Source: an uncultured Rhodospirillaceae bacterium (GTDB lineage Bacteria > Pseudomonadota > Alphaproteobacteria > UBA11136). From it: a DNA stretch of 64,000 nt. Shown piece by piece: positions 28,901-40,139 of the stretch. Both the position numbers and the translations under genes were made by a program. The stretch's first letter is position 1. Each line of letters opens with the position of its first letter. The notes under the pieces are model-generated. The model did not search any database and was not told the DNA's origin. It saw nothing but the letters and a program-made list of their open reading frames with translations. Location: positions 15,924-79,923 of the forward strand of contig CAZAKR010000006.1 in the NCBI GenBank assembly GCA_964486105.1. Reading direction: 5' to 3'.

Positions 28901-28942
28901 AAGAAAAACACCCTGAAGAATGTTTAACAACATCCCCCAGGG
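28901..28942 (-). terminator. Intrinsic terminator candidate downstream of ftsZ
   Basis: The minus strand reads CCCTGGGG-GATGTT-GTTA-AACATT-CTTCAGGG (a long imperfect hairpin), followed by TGTTTTTCTT. It lies 72 nt after the ftsZ stop. Confidence 0.45.
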
Positions 28943-29013
28943 CGCTCAAATCACTCTTTATTACATATTATTACAGTGCAAGTTATTGATGTTCCTGCAC
29001 TTTTAGCCGGCCC

Positions 29014-30840
29014 TCAGTTTGCCTGACGTCTGAGAAAGGCCGGGATATCCAGCAGATCGTCGTCATTCTCGGAAGTGGGCAAACGTTCTTCCGGGTCAAG
29101 CCCGCCCAGTTTCGGTTGGGGGGCGGGAGAAGCGACAATCGGCGCCGTTTCTGTTGTCACCACGGTCTCTTTGGTTTCGGGTTGGACTTCCTTTTTCTCG
29201 GCAACCGGCTCTGCATTTCGTCCGACTCCGGTCATTTTCTTCAGCAAGCTTACCCGTGCCTTGTTCGGTTGCGGTTCCTTTTCAGCAACGGCATTGGCCA
29301 TTGCCGCCGAGGCGAAGGGATCGGGCTTGCTTTCTTCCTCATTGCCGCGATTAGGCTCGACCGGACGCGGGGCCAGGAAAGGCGGCGCAATCCGGGCCAG
29401 GTGGTTTTTGATCTTTTTCGGCGGGCTCTTCTTTTCCTCAACCGATTCCAGAGGCCTGGACAGAGGCGAGGGCTCGTGTAAGGCCGCCGCCGTATTGCCA
29501 ATAACCTGTGGGGTTTCGACGTATGGCTCGCTATGCATCGCCAGAGAGGGAGAAGACGCTGGTGCCGCTGAGGTCGCAGATGCGGCAGAGGTCGCAGACG
29601 CCATTGGCCCGGGGCTCGCCGGCCCGGCATTCATTGAGCGGCCTCTTGGGGCAGGCATCTCCGGTGTCGCGGTTTCCCCTGACGAGAGGAAGGAGAAGGT
29701 TCCTCCCTTTGAGGGGGCGATATCGAGGCCTTCGCTGTCATCGGCTTCGATAATCTCCTCCATCGGGGACATTTCCACCTCTTCTTCTTCCATTTCGGCT
29801 TCGAATTCATCGGCCGCCCTTTTATGTTCGGCAAGCAGGCTGATATTGGTGTTTTCCGGCCTCATGGCGAGAGAGGCGTCAATACCCGTGGCGACCACGG
29901 AAACCCGCATCCGTCCTTCCATACTATCCTCGATTGATGTGCCGAAGATGATATTGGCGTTGACGTCCACTTCTTCCTTGATGCGGTTTGCCGCCTCATC
30001 AACCTCGAACATGGTCATGTCGGGACCGCCGGAGATATTGATCAGGACTCCCCGCGCCCCCTTCATTGAGGCATCGTCGAGAAGCGGGTTGGCGATGGCG
30101 GCCTCGGCGGCATCCATGGCGCGTTTTTCACCCTCGGACTCCCCGGTTCCCATCTGGGCCTTGCCCATTTCCGTCATTACGGCGCGGATATCGGCAAAGT
30201 CGAGGTTGATCAGGCCGGGCTTGACCATCAGATCGGTAACCCCGCCGACGCCGGATCGCAGAACGTCATCCGCCTTTTTGAAGGCGTCTGCGAAGGTTGT
30301 TTTCTCATTGGCCACCCGGAACAGATTCTGGTTCGGGATGATAATGAGCGTATCGACGAACTGGGAAAGCTCCTCGATTCCCTCTTCCGCCGTGCGCATC
30401 CGGTTTGCGCCTTCGAAATTGAAGGGCTTTGTGATGACGCCAACGGTGAGAATGCCCATTTCCCGTGCCGCACGGGCAATGACGGGTGCGGCGCCGGTGC
30501 CGGTGCCGCCACCCATGCCAGCGGTAATAAAGGCCATGTGGGTGCCGCTGATATGCTCGATAATCTCATCCATGGTTTCATCGGCGGCGGCGCGACCGAT
30601 ATCGGGACGCGCACCTGCGCCCAGTCCTTGGGTAATTGCCGCGCCGAGCTGGATTTTCCGCCCCGCTTCGGACCCGGCCAGGGCCTGGGCGTCGGTATTG
30701 GTGGCGATAAATTCCACGCCCTCCATTCCACCGCGGATCATGTTGTCGATGGCATTGCCGCCGGCGCCGCCGATACCAATTACGGTAATCCGCGGTTTCA
30801 GTTCGGCTTGCCGGACAGGCACACTTAAATTAATGGTCAT
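29014..30840 (-). CDS. ftsZ: Cell division protein FtsZ (long alphaproteobacterial-type linker)
   Basis: Tubulin signature [12 protein letters not shown] conserved core spans about 320 aa, followed by a ~260-aa low-complexity linker and the C-terminal peptide [16 protein letters not shown]. Confidence 0.97.
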   Translation of the reverse strand: MTINLSVPVRQAELKPRITVIGIGGAGGNAIDNMIRGGMEGVEFIATNTDAQALAGSEAGRKIQLGAAITQGLGAGARPDIGRAAADETMDEIIEHISGTHMAFITAGMGGGTGTGAAPVIARAAREMGILTVGVITKPFNFEGANRMRTAEEGIEELSQFVDTLIIIPNQNLFRVANEKTTFADAFKKADDVLRSGVGGVTDLMVKPGLINLDFADIRAVMTEMGKAQMGTGESEGEKRAMDAAEAAIANPLLDDASMKGARGVLINISGGPDMTMFEVDEAANRIKEEVDVNANIIFGTSIEDSMEGRMRVSVVATGIDASLAMRPENTNISLLAEHKRAADEFEAEMEEEEVEMSPMEEIIEADDSEGLDIAPSKGGTFSFLSSGETATPEMPAPRGRSMNAGPASPGPMASATSAASATSAAPASSPSLAMHSEPYVETPQVIGNTAAALHEPSPLSRPLESVEEKKSPPKKIKNHLARIAPPFLAPRPVEPNRGNEEESKPDPFASAAMANAVAEKEPQPNKARVSLLKKMTGVGRNAEPVAEKKEVQPETKETVVTTETAPIVASPAPQPKLGGLDPEERLPTSENDDDLLDIPAFLRRQAN

Positions 30841-30930
30841 AACGGCCTCCGTTGTTGTTCGTTTGGGCGTAGAATCCGGCCGTATCCCCCAGCCGGGAAA
30901 AGGTTTGCGGTAAGGAACCGCGGTAAAGGG

Positions 30931-32172
30931 TTAAAAACATTCGCGTAACCAAAAACCTAGACGACCGATAAAGCCGTCCGGCTCCTCCAATAAACCGCGT
31001 CCCTTAATTCGGGATTCGGCTCTGCTTCGAACAGCGTGGGCAAGCAGGCCCGCGCAGACTGAAAAGGCGGGGCCGCCGGTTGCTTCGGCGATCCCGATCG
31101 TGCGAATCGGTTTTCCGAGCCGCACATGCTTGTCGAGAATTGTGGCGGCCAGTTCGCAGATGCCTTGCATCTGGCTGGCGCCACCGGTCAGAACGACTCT
31201 CTGCCCGGCTATTTTGTCGAAGCCGCTGGCTTCCAGCCGGTCCCGGATCATTTCCAGGATTTCCTCAAGCCGTGGCCTGAGAATGCCGATCAGCAGTGAT
31301 TTCGGCACATGATTGGCTTGCGAGTGAGATGTTTCGCCGATCAGAGGAACGTCAATGCTTTCGTTGACGTCGGCTTCCGACGGCAGGGCGTTTCCGTACA
31401 GCGTCTTCAGGCGTTCGGCATCGGTAAGGGTTGTCGAGAGGCCGCGGGCAATATCTCCGGTAACATGGGCGCCGCCGATGGGAATGCTGTCGGCGAAGAC
31501 AAGATTGCCGTCGTAATAGACGGAAAGTGACGTCGTGCCGCCGCCCATATCAATGCAGGTCACGCCGAGATCCATCTCGTCCTCAACCAGGCAGGCCAGC
31601 CCTGCGACATAGGGCGAGGGGACGATTTCCTCAATTTTGAGGTGACAGCGAGAAATGCAATTGGCGAGATTGCGCATCACGCCCGCATCCGCTGTGATGA
31701 TGTGCATGTTAACCCTGAGACGTTCTCCGACCATGCCCCGGGGGTCGCGAATGGGCGGGCTGCCGTCGATGGAATAATTGACAGGGATGGCGTGAAGAAT
31801 TTCGCGGTCCCCGGTCCCGATATTCTCAGTTCCTTTCTGGAAGGCGAGCCGCAGGTCGCTGTCGGTGATTTCATGGCCGGCGATGGAAATGTCGATGGAC
31901 GTATTGTGGGAAGTCTGCCGACCGCCGGAAAGATTCACTACCACCTGGTCGATGGTCTCGCCTGCCATCTGTTCGGCGGTAGAGACCGCGCTCAGGATCG
32001 AGGCTTCGGCGGCCTCCATATCGATGATAGAGCCGTTGCGCAGGCCATGGGCAATCTGATGGCCGATGCCAACCACCCGGGTCTCTCCATGAGTATCTGT
32101 GCGGGCGATGAAGCAGCATAACTTCGTCGTGCCGATGTCGAGAGCGGCAATGGTGCCGGTGCGTGGCTTCAT
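30931..32172 (-). CDS. ftsA: Cell division protein FtsA
   Basis: Actin-like ATPase blocks (ALDIGTTKLCCFIA, IDMGGGTTSLSV, VVLTGGASQMQGI). Position between ftsQ and ftsZ. Confidence 0.95.
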   Translation of the reverse strand: MKPRTGTIAALDIGTTKLCCFIARTDTHGETRVVGIGHQIAHGLRNGSIIDMEAAEASILSAVSTAEQMAGETIDQVVVNLSGGRQTSHNTSIDISIAGHEITDSDLRLAFQKGTENIGTGDREILHAIPVNYSIDGSPPIRDPRGMVGERLRVNMHIITADAGVMRNLANCISRCHLKIEEIVPSPYVAGLACLVEDEMDLGVTCIDMGGGTTSLSVYYDGNLVFADSIPIGGAHVTGDIARGLSTTLTDAERLKTLYGNALPSEADVNESIDVPLIGETSHSQANHVPKSLLIGILRPRLEEILEMIRDRLEASGFDKIAGQRVVLTGGASQMQGICELAATILDKHVRLGKPIRTIGIAEATGGPAFSVCAGLLAHAVRSRAESRIKGRGLLEEPDGFIGRLGFWLRECF

Positions 32173-32230
32173 GTTCCCGCCTTCCTCATCACATCGGTTG
32201 AAATCGGTTTCATGCTTTTTTTCGAGTCCT

Positions 32231-33130
32231 TCACGTATTGCGGCCGGGGATGTCCCCGGTTTCAGGAGTAATGATTGTTTTCGCCCCCTCCGGGGTCAGC
32301 TGGACAACCAGCCTGTCGGGGAGGCGCAAATCGATGGCAATCACGTCGCGGCCGAGGATGGAGTGCCGGTTTTCAATGTCGATCAGTTTGCGCCAGGCTG
32401 TTTCCATATCGTTTTCCGGCAACCGCACCTGGATGCCGTTGGTCAGGGTGACGTCCCACCTGCGGCCACCGATCCATGTCGCCGCCTCGACCTTTTCGGA
32501 GAGGATCGACTGGTTCTGCAAAAGAGCGAGAAGGGCGGGGGCGTGGCTCGGTGCGTCGTCGCCGATAATTACCGGCAGATGAGCAAAACGGTCGAGACCG
32601 TCGCGAAGCAGAATCACGCCCTTTGAATCAACCAGGACATGACGGCCGTTTCTTTGCCACAGGGCGATCGGCTTACGCTCAAACAGACGGATATAAATTG
32701 TGCCGTTCAGGCGGCGCTCAACTGTGGCGGCTTCGACCCAGCCGATCGTTTCCAGGCGCCTGCGGGCGGTTTGGGGGGTGAAACCGAGCAAAGGCTGTCC
32801 GATTTCAACTCCCAGAGCCGCCCGGATGGCGGCGTTGGTCGTCTCACCGCGCCCTTCGACCAGAACATCACGAACGATAAGACCGGAACGGGCGGAAAAA
32901 GCGATGGTTTCGCCATAGGCCTTCTCGATCAGTAAAGCGCCCTGACCGGACAGGATCAGCCATGCCGGCGGCCCGGCCATAAGGGCGGCGAGGGCCAGAA
33001 CGCCTGTAGCCCGCAGAAGCGGCCGCCGCCAGCGGCTCGGTGTACGCCGCGCAACAATGCGGCGGGCGGTGGTTTTCTTCCGCCCCTTTCCACTTTTGCC
33101 GGGGGCGGTGGATTTGTTTAAGAATCGCAT
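32231..33130 (-). CDS. ftsQ: Cell division protein FtsQ
   Basis: Basic N-terminus, a single TM helix (LLRATGVLALAALMAGPPAWLIL) and POTRA/FtsQ domains. The ATG at 33130 has a GGAG SD 8 nt upstream; the track start at 33151 lacks one and overlaps ddl. Confidence 0.85.
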   Translation of the reverse strand: MRFLNKSTAPGKSGKGRKKTTARRIVARRTPSRWRRPLLRATGVLALAALMAGPPAWLILSGQGALLIEKAYGETIAFSARSGLIVRDVLVEGRGETTNAAIRAALGVEIGQPLLGFTPQTARRRLETIGWVEAATVERRLNGTIYIRLFERKPIALWQRNGRHVLVDSKGVILLRDGLDRFAHLPVIIGDDAPSHAPALLALLQNQSILSEKVEAATWIGGRRWDVTLTNGIQVRLPENDMETAWRKLIDIENRHSILGRDVIAIDLRLPDRLVVQLTPEGAKTIITPETGDIPGRNT

Positions 33131-34041
33131 CGGGCGTTCTCCACCATCCATTTAACGAGTTCATCGAATGAAATTCCGGCCTCGGCCGCGATTTCGGGTA
33201 AAAGCGAATTCGGTGTCATTCCAGGCTGGGTGTTGACCTCGAGAAGATAGAGTTTGGGCTTGCCCTTGCCGGTATCGTCGTAGCGGAAATCCGCCCGGCT
33301 GGCGCCACGGCATCCCAGGGTTTGGTGAGCCAGAAGGGCAAGCCGCATTGCCTCATCGGCGTCTTTTTTCGGAATTGGCGCCGGCACCAGATGTTCGGCC
33401 GGAAAATCATCGCTGTATTTAGCCTCGTAATCGTAAAAACCGTCCTTGGGTTTGATTTCGAGAACTCCCAGCGCCCTGTCGCCCATGACGCCAACGGTCA
33501 GTTCACGGCCGGGGATAAAGGTTTCCGCCAGGACCTGTTCGCCATAGGGCCAGGAGGCGTGCTCAAAGGGCTTGTCTTCGTCTTTATCGGTGATGATGCG
33601 GACGCCGACACTGGATCCTTCGTTCAGTGGCTTGATCACATAGGGACGATCCATGACGTCTCCGGCGAGGAGCTCGTCGCGATGGGCGATCTTCCCCGGC
33701 GCGCAGACAAGGCCCGCGGCTTCAAACAGCCTTATGGCCACGGGCTTGTTCATGGCCAGGGCCGAGGCGAGCACCCCGGAATGGGTGTAGGGAATGGATT
33801 CAAGTTCCAGCAGACCCTGAAAACAGCCATCTTCGCCATAGCGGCCATGGAGCGCGTTAAACACCACATCGGGTTTGGGCTTGAGTTTCGGCAATAATGC
33901 CCCGACATCATGGGCGGCATCGATGGCGGTAACCCGATAACCGCTGTCGCGCAAGGATTCGGCGATGTTGGCGCCGCTGATCAGGGAAACTTCACGTTCG
34001 GCGGACCACCCGCCCATGACAACTGCAACGTGTTTGGTCAT
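33118..34041 (-). CDS. ddl: D-alanine--D-alanine ligase
   Basis: [20 protein letters not shown]..., ALHGRYGEDG, and the C-terminal LLEVNTQPGMT. The ATG at 34041 overlaps the murB stop (ATGA). Confidence 0.94.
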   Translation of the reverse strand: MTKHVAVVMGGWSAEREVSLISGANIAESLRDSGYRVTAIDAAHDVGALLPKLKPKPDVVFNALHGRYGEDGCFQGLLELESIPYTHSGVLASALAMNKPVAIRLFEAAGLVCAPGKIAHRDELLAGDVMDRPYVIKPLNEGSSVGVRIITDKDEDKPFEHASWPYGEQVLAETFIPGRELTVGVMGDRALGVLEIKPKDGFYDYEAKYSDDFPAEHLVPAPIPKKDADEAMRLALLAHQTLGCRGASRADFRYDDTGKGKPKLYLLEVNTQPGMTPNSLLPEIAAEAGISFDELVKWMVENARCDS

Positions 34042-34970
34042 GACGTTGCTCCCCCGGCGGCGGGTTGTCCAATCCGGCGGATTTCCCATTGCAGTTCGAC
34101 GCCGGAGGTCTGGCGCACGCGGTCGCGGACTTCCTCGCCCAGGGCTTCGATATCCCCGGCGCTGGCATCGCCGGTGTTAATCAGGAAATTACAGTGCTTT
34201 TCCGAAACCATGGCGCCACCCTTGCGGAGCCCCCGGCAGCCGGCCTTTTCGATAAGCTCCCAGGCCTTGATGCCGGGCGGGTTGGCAAAGGTGCTGCCCC
34301 CGGTGCGTGTGCGCAGGGGCTGTGCGGCCTCCCGGTTGCTGCGAATTTCATCCATCCGCCGTTCGATCCCGGATCGCTCGCCGGGCGCGCCCTCAAGCAG
34401 GGCGGAAAGGAAAATCCAGTTTTCGGGAATGTTGCTTTTGCGGTAATCAAAACCGATTTCGGCGTTGGACAGCCTGTGAACGTCTCCATTCACATCGACC
34501 GCCTCGATGCTTGTCGTCACATCCTTCATTTCACGGCCATAGGCACCGGCATTCATGCGCAATGCGCCGCCGATGGTGCCGGGAATGCCGATCAGGAACT
34601 CAAGTCCGCCCAGCCCGTGCTCAAGACAGGCCATCGCCACCGAATGGTCAAGGGCCGCCGAACCGACGGAGATTTCATCGCCCGTAATCTCAATGGCGGC
34701 GAAGGCCTTGCCGAGGCGGATCACAATCCCGGGAATGCCACCGTCGCGGATAAGCAGGTTGGAACCGACGCCGATCACCGTTACCGGCACGTCGGCGGGT
34801 TTTGCCTTGAGAAGCTGGATCAGATCATCCCGGTCGGCGGGGCGGAACATAATTTCGGCGACGCCGCCGGTGCGGAACCAGGTGGAGGGCCCCATCGGCG
34901 CATTCTCGACCAGGCGGCCCCGTGATGCCGGGAGCCTGTCGATCAGGGCGTTTTGGAATACATGGGTCAT
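34038..34970 (-). CDS. murB: UDP-N-acetylenolpyruvoylglucosamine reductase
   Basis: FAD-binding block ([14 protein letters not shown]) and catalytic C-terminal blocks ([22 protein letters not shown]). Confidence 0.94.
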   Translation of the reverse strand: MTHVFQNALIDRLPASRGRLVENAPMGPSTWFRTGGVAEIMFRPADRDDLIQLLKAKPADVPVTVIGVGSNLLIRDGGIPGIVIRLGKAFAAIEITGDEISVGSAALDHSVAMACLEHGLGGLEFLIGIPGTIGGALRMNAGAYGREMKDVTTSIEAVDVNGDVHRLSNAEIGFDYRKSNIPENWIFLSALLEGAPGERSGIERRMDEIRSNREAAQPLRTRTGGSTFANPPGIKAWELIEKAGCRGLRKGGAMVSEKHCNFLINTGDASAGDIEALGEEVRDRVRQTSGVELQWEIRRIGQPAAGGATS

Positions 34971-36412
34971 GATGCATTCCTCGCCTGGCTGTCGTCTTCG
35001 CGGTCGGAAAGCTTGTCGAGCTGGTTGGGCAGCGATTGCGCCCAGCTGGTGATATTGCCGGCCCCCATGCAGACCACCATGTCACCGGCCTTGGTCATGT
35101 TGTGGACCAGCGTGGCCAGGTCCGAGGGCTCTTCCAGGGCCATCACTTCACGGTGGCCGTGGGCACGTAGGCCCTCGATCAGACCCTCCCGGTTGACCCC
35201 CTCAATCTCTTCCTCGCCGGCCGCATAGACATCGGCGACGATGACCGTATCGGCGTCGTTAAAGGCGGTACAGAATTCTTCGAACAGATTCATCAGGCGG
35301 GAATAACGATGGGGCTGGACAACAGCGACGACCCGGCCCTTGCCGCAGACCGAACGGGCGGCGCGCAGGGCGGCGGCGATTTCAACCGGGTGATGGGCGT
35401 AGTCGTCGATAATGGTGACGCCGCTGGAAATCCCGGTGCGGGTAAAGCGGCGCTTGACCCCGGCAAAACCGCGCAGACCGGCGCGGATATCGTCCTCGGC
35501 CAGCTCCATTTCGATGGCCACGACAAGGGCCGCCAGCGCGTTTTGGACATTGTGCGATCCGGCCATCGGCAGGCGCAGATTCTTGATCTTCCGTTCGCTG
35601 CCGGCCACCCGGTCGGTGATAATGATATCGAAATTTGTGCCGCCCTGATCGGTCTCAAGGTTAACCGCCCGGAAATCCGCTTGCGGGCTCAGGCCGTAGG
35701 TAATGATCCGCCGGTCTGAAACGCGGGGGATCAGGCTTTGCACTTCCGCATGGTCGATACACATGGCGGCAAAGCCGTAGAAAGGGATGTTCTCGACGAA
35801 GGTTTCAAAGGCTTTGCGCAAAGCGTCAAAGGACCCGTAAAAGTCGAGATGTTCGGGATCGATATTCGTAACCACGGCAATTGTGGCGGGCAGCTTGACG
35901 AACGTGCCGTCCGATTCATCGGCCTCGACGATCATCCAGTCGCCGTCTCCAAGACGGGCGTTGGTGCCATAGGCGTTGATAATGCCGCCGTTGATGACGG
36001 TCGGATCAAGGTCGGCGCCGTCGAGAAGGGCGGCGATCATTGAGGTGGTTGTTGTTTTGCCGTGGGTGCCGCCGACCGCAACCGACCATTTCAGACGCAT
36101 CAGTTCGGCCAGCATTTCAGCCCGCCGTACGACCGGGATAAGCTGCGCCCGCGCCGCGACAATTTCAGGGTTGTCCTTGGGCACGGCAGTGGAAACGACA
36201 ACCACCGAGGCGTCGCCGATATTCTCCTCGCGATGGCCGATCATCACCGGAATGCCCATCCCGGAAAGCCGGTGGATATTGGCATTCTCCTGACGGTCGC
36301 TGCCCTGAACCTGATAGTTGAGGTTATGCAGGATTTCAGCGATTCCACTCATGCCGATGCCGCCGATACCGACGAAATGAATAACACCGATGGAAAGGGG
36401 AAGCTCTCTCAT
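34967..36412 (-). CDS. murC: UDP-N-acetylmuramate--L-alanine ligase
   Basis: [16 protein letters not shown] and [11 protein letters not shown] Mur-ligase motifs. Canonical dcw position. Confidence 0.95.
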   Translation of the reverse strand: MRELPLSIGVIHFVGIGGIGMSGIAEILHNLNYQVQGSDRQENANIHRLSGMGIPVMIGHREENIGDASVVVVSTAVPKDNPEIVAARAQLIPVVRRAEMLAELMRLKWSVAVGGTHGKTTTTSMIAALLDGADLDPTVINGGIINAYGTNARLGDGDWMIVEADESDGTFVKLPATIAVVTNIDPEHLDFYGSFDALRKAFETFVENIPFYGFAAMCIDHAEVQSLIPRVSDRRIITYGLSPQADFRAVNLETDQGGTNFDIIITDRVAGSERKIKNLRLPMAGSHNVQNALAALVVAIEMELAEDDIRAGLRGFAGVKRRFTRTGISSGVTIIDDYAHHPVEIAAALRAARSVCGKGRVVAVVQPHRYSRLMNLFEEFCTAFNDADTVIVADVYAAGEEEIEGVNREGLIEGLRAHGHREVMALEEPSDLATLVHNMTKAGDMVVCMGAGNITSWAQSLPNQLDKLSDREDDSQARNAS

Positions 36413-37572
36413 GCGGCAGCCTCCCTTGCCTCGTTATTGCCCGATGCCGGGGGGCGTCCCTCGCCATTAGAGGGGATCAGATCAAGGGCGGCGGTCGCCA
36501 GGCGGCTCGCGCCATCGGCAATACCCAGATTGCGTGCAGCACCCGAACAGGCGATCAGTCGATCGGGGCTGGCCATGATATCGGCCAGAAAACGGCTCAG
36601 CGCTTCTCCGGTAAAGTCGGGCTCGGCCATTACCCAGGCGGCTTCTGCCGCCTCAATCGCTCTGGCATTGGCGCTTTGGTGGTCGTCCATGGCGTGGAGA
36701 TAAGGCACCAGAAGCGCCGGCCGTCCGATGGCGGTGACTTCGGCAACACTGCCGGCGCCGGCGCGCATAATGACCAGATGCGCTTCTTTCAGCTTTTCCG
36801 GGACATCGGTGAAGAAGGTTTTCAAATCTGCATTAATCCCCATGCTCTCATAAGCCTCTTCCACATAGCCGAGGTCTTCGGCGCGGCATTGCTGAACAAC
36901 CTGCAGGCGGGCGCGCAGATCGGCCGGGAGCAGGGCAAGGGCATCGGGAAGAATGCGGCTGAATATTCCCGCGCCCTGGCTTCCTCCCATGATGAAAAGG
37001 TTGAACGGTCCGCCTATGGTGGGGGCGCGGTAGAGATCCTGGCGAATGGCGGCGATCTGGGGACGGATCGGGTTACCGGTGCGGACGACTTTCGAGCGCT
37101 CCCCCTTGCCCAGACGTTCGACGTCATGAAAAGCGGTGGCGATGGCAGTGGCGCGGGATGCCAGCAGACGGTTGGCCCGGCCGAGAACGGCGTTTTGCTC
37201 GTGGATCAGGGTCGGCAGTTTCATCCGTGTCGCGGCGAGCATCGTCGGCACACTGGCATAACCGCCGAAACCGACAACCAGGGCCGGGCGGATTTTGCGC
37301 AAGAGCCGGGTCGCCTCGAAGATGCCGCGAAGAATGTCGGTAAGCCCTTCGAGCTTGGCCATGATGCCGCCCGAGATTCGGCTGGCCGGGATCGTATGAA
37401 CATCGATCTCGCCATTTCTTAACTTGAATGCGGCGCCTCTTTTGTCGGTCAGCAGGGCCAGGCTGCAGCCACGCTCCAGCAGTTCTTCGGCCAGGGCCTC
37501 GGCGGGGAATACATGGCCCCCGGTTCCGCCTGCCGCCAGGGCGACGAGATGGGATTTGCGGTTATCGGTCAT
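36409..37572 (-). CDS. murG: Undecaprenyldiphospho-muramoylpentapeptide beta-N-acetylglucosaminyltransferase
   Basis: [20 protein letters not shown]-terminal motif and a GT28 C-terminal domain ([10 protein letters not shown]). Confidence 0.94.
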   Translation of the reverse strand: MTDNRKSHLVALAAGGTGGHVFPAEALAEELLERGCSLALLTDKRGAAFKLRNGEIDVHTIPASRISGGIMAKLEGLTDILRGIFEATRLLRKIRPALVVGFGGYASVPTMLAATRMKLPTLIHEQNAVLGRANRLLASRATAIATAFHDVERLGKGERSKVVRTGNPIRPQIAAIRQDLYRAPTIGGPFNLFIMGGSQGAGIFSRILPDALALLPADLRARLQVVQQCRAEDLGYVEEAYESMGINADLKTFFTDVPEKLKEAHLVIMRAGAGSVAEVTAIGRPALLVPYLHAMDDHQSANARAIEAAEAAWVMAEPDFTGEALSRFLADIMASPDRLIACSGAARNLGIADGASRLATAALDLIPSNGEGRPPASGNNEAREAAA

Positions 37573-38690
37573 TGCTCACCCGCCTCCGCCCGATGCCGGG
37601 TCAGCGCCAGCACCATGCCCATGCCCAGGGAAAGCGCCAGCAGGGAAGAGCCGCCGTAGGAGATGAATGGCAGGGTCATGCCCTTGGCCGGCAGAAGATG
37701 AAGGCTCGAGCCCATATTGATAATGGCCTGGAAGCCGAACTGCAGGAGAAGGCCGCTTGCGGCGAGCAGGATAAACAGGCTGTTCTGTTCAAGGGCGCGG
37801 CCAAACCCCCGCATGATGATGAAGGTAAACAGTCCGAGAATAATCAGGCAGGCGATCAGTCCGAATTCCTCTCCGGCAACGGCGAAAATAAAATCGGCAT
37901 GGGCATCGGGCAGAATTTCCTTAACCGTGCCTTCGCCGGGGCCGCGTCCGGTCAGCCCGCCGTGCATAAAGGCCTCAATCGAGGTGTTGACCTGATAGCT
38001 GTCGCCGGCGCTGGGGTCGAGGAAGCGGTCAATACGGCTGGCCACATGGGGCAGGGTGGCATAGGCGGTGAAAATACCGGTGATGCCCAATACCCCAATG
38101 ACGATTACCCAGAGCATCGGCAGGCCGGCGAGAAAGAACTGGCTGATCCAGACCGCGGATACCATCACCGTCATGCCGAAATCGGGTTGCATCATGAGCA
38201 GTACGACGACCAGGGCGAAAAGGCCGCCGACCAGCATGTTGCCGGGGGATCCCTTATGCAGGCGTGTCTGGGCAAACATCCAGGCGGCAACCACGGCAAA
38301 GCTCGGCTTGATAAACTCTGAAGGTTGCAGCGAGAACCAGCCAAGGCTGATCCACCGCTTGGCGCCCTTGATCTCGACGCCCGAAACCAGTGTCAGCACA
38401 ATGCCGATCAGTGCTGCGACAAAAACCGCTGTTGCAAGAATGCGGATGGCTCGTGGCGACAGTAGAGACACGCCAACCAGCAGGAAGGCGGCCAGCGGCA
38501 GAAGCGTAAATTGCCGGCGGACGAAATAAAAACTGTCAAGATTGAGCCGGTCGGCGACGGCGGGACTTGCCGCCAGAATCATCAGTGCGCCAACCCCCCC
38601 TAGCACCGCAATAGCGCCTAAGGTCCACCGGTCGACGGTCCACCACCAACGGCCGATGACACTCGTATCCGTGCGCGCAAGGGTGCTCAT
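37569..38690 (-). CDS. ftsW: Peptidoglycan glycosyltransferase FtsW (SEDS family)
   Basis: Ten-TM SEDS protein (SLQPSEFIKP, PDFG, LPAKGMTLPFISYGGSS). Position between murD and murG. Confidence 0.93.
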   Translation of the reverse strand: MSTLARTDTSVIGRWWWTVDRWTLGAIAVLGGVGALMILAASPAVADRLNLDSFYFVRRQFTLLPLAAFLLVGVSLLSPRAIRILATAVFVAALIGIVLTLVSGVEIKGAKRWISLGWFSLQPSEFIKPSFAVVAAWMFAQTRLHKGSPGNMLVGGLFALVVVLLMMQPDFGMTVMVSAVWISQFFLAGLPMLWVIVIGVLGITGIFTAYATLPHVASRIDRFLDPSAGDSYQVNTSIEAFMHGGLTGRGPGEGTVKEILPDAHADFIFAVAGEEFGLIACLIILGLFTFIIMRGFGRALEQNSLFILLAASGLLLQFGFQAIINMGSSLHLLPAKGMTLPFISYGGSSLLALSLGMGMVLALTRHRAEAGEQ

Positions 38691-40135
38691 CAGGCCATCC
38701 CTCCCGCAGCGTTGCGCAAGCCGGTATCATCCAGGCTTGCATCGGGGTCGCCGGCGCGGGCAAGAACCATGTTGCGGAAGGCGTCGCCGCGTTCCTCAAA
38801 ATTGCGCCACTGATCGAAAGAGGCGCAGGCCGGGGAAAAAAGAATAACCGGCTCCATGGTCGGGTCGTCTTTAAGGTCGGCCTGGGCAAGCTCGCCGGCC
38901 TGATCCAGGGCGCGGGCCAGATCGCCGCTGGCCGTGGTCGCAATACGTTCGCCGATGGTGCGCTCAAATGCCTTGGCTGACTTGCCGATGAGAAAGGCGT
39001 GGCGAATATTTTTGAACAACGGGGCGAGCTCGGCGATGCCGTCGGATTTCGGCTCTCCGCCAACGATCCAATAGATATCCCGGTAACAGGCCAGAGCTTT
39101 TGCCGTGGCCTCGGCGTTGGTTGCTTTGCTGTCGTTGATAAAGGTCACGCCTGCGATGGTGGCGACCGGTTCCTGTCGATGGGGGAGGCCGGAAAAACCA
39201 CGGATGCCGTTGGCGATAACCGGCGCCGGAAGACCGACGGCGCGGCAGGCGGCGAAGGCAGCGGCCACGTTCTGGCCGTTATGGCGTCCGGGCAGGGCGG
39301 GAATCGCACGAAGGTCGAGAATCTGTTCGCTCCGGCCTTCGATATCGTTGATCAGACTTCCGTCTTCGATATAGACGCCGCCCCTGACTTCGCCTTTGGC
39401 CGAGATAGGAATAACCAGGGCCTCGCTCTCGGCCTTCAATTTCTTGAAAATTTTACGGCTCGGGGAATCGTCGATTCCGATCACCGCGACCGAGTCGGCG
39501 GTTTGTCCGTTGAAAATGCGTTTTTTCGCCGCGATATATCCCTTCATATCGCCGTGACGATCCAGATGGTCGGGGGTCAGGTTAAGCAGAACCGCGACAT
39601 CGAAAACGAGACTCTTCGTCAGCTCAAGCTGATAGGAAGACATTTCGAGGACATAAGCCCCTTCTCCGCCAAGCGGGTCCAGGTCGAGGGCCGGAACGCC
39701 GAGATTGCCGCCGGTTTGAGATTTCAATCCGGCCTCTCTCAGGATATGGCCGATCAGTGCCGTGGTCGTCGATTTCCCGTTGGTTCCGGTAACGCCGATG
39801 AAGGAGGCGTCGCTATCGGTGCGGGCCATCAGTTCAGCCTCGCCGAGAATCTCACAGCCCGCCTTTAGAGCGCGCGTGACGACGCGATGGGGGGCGGGAT
39901 GAGTCAGGGGAATGCCGGGGGAAAGAACCAGGGAATCAATATCTCTAAAATCGTGATCGCGAAGATCGACGATCGGCACGCCCTCGTCAAAGGCCGCCTC
40001 GCGTGTTGCATCGTCGTCATCCCAGGCGAGGATCACGGCATCGCTGCGGCGCAGGGCGCGAATGGCGGCCATGCCGGCCTTTCCCAATCCGAGAACAGCG
40101 ACATGGCGACCTTTCATTGAGGAAATAATGCTCAT
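38690..40135 (-). CDS. murD: UDP-N-acetylmuramoylalanine--D-glutamate ligase
   Basis: VAVLGLGKAGMA Rossmann N-terminus and GVTGTNGKSTTT P-loop. dcw position. Confidence 0.93.
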   Translation of the reverse strand: MSIISSMKGRHVAVLGLGKAGMAAIRALRRSDAVILAWDDDDATREAAFDEGVPIVDLRDHDFRDIDSLVLSPGIPLTHPAPHRVVTRALKAGCEILGEAELMARTDSDASFIGVTGTNGKSTTTALIGHILREAGLKSQTGGNLGVPALDLDPLGGEGAYVLEMSSYQLELTKSLVFDVAVLLNLTPDHLDRHGDMKGYIAAKKRIFNGQTADSVAVIGIDDSPSRKIFKKLKAESEALVIPISAKGEVRGGVYIEDGSLINDIEGRSEQILDLRAIPALPGRHNGQNVAAAFAACRAVGLPAPVIANGIRGFSGLPHRQEPVATIAGVTFINDSKATNAEATAKALACYRDIYWIVGGEPKSDGIAELAPLFKNIRHAFLIGKSAKAFERTIGERIATTASGDLARALDQAGELAQADLKDDPTMEPVILFSPACASFDQWRNFEERGDAFRNMVLARAGDPDASLDDTGLRNAAGGMA

Positions 40136-40139
40136 ACCC

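Noticed and set aside
29050-29900. Very long low-complexity segment in FtsZ with short internal repeats ([11 protein letters not shown])
   Set aside because: Extended disordered linkers between the FtsZ core and the conserved C-terminal peptide are a normal feature of alphaproteobacterial FtsZ. This is not a fusion or an insertion element.
29075-30913. 612-aa plus-strand ORF opposite ftsZ
   Set aside because: It is the mirror frame of ftsZ, which carries the tubulin signature on the minus strand. It is S/A/P-rich and low in complexity, and it spans the ftsA-ftsZ intergenic region without any start context.
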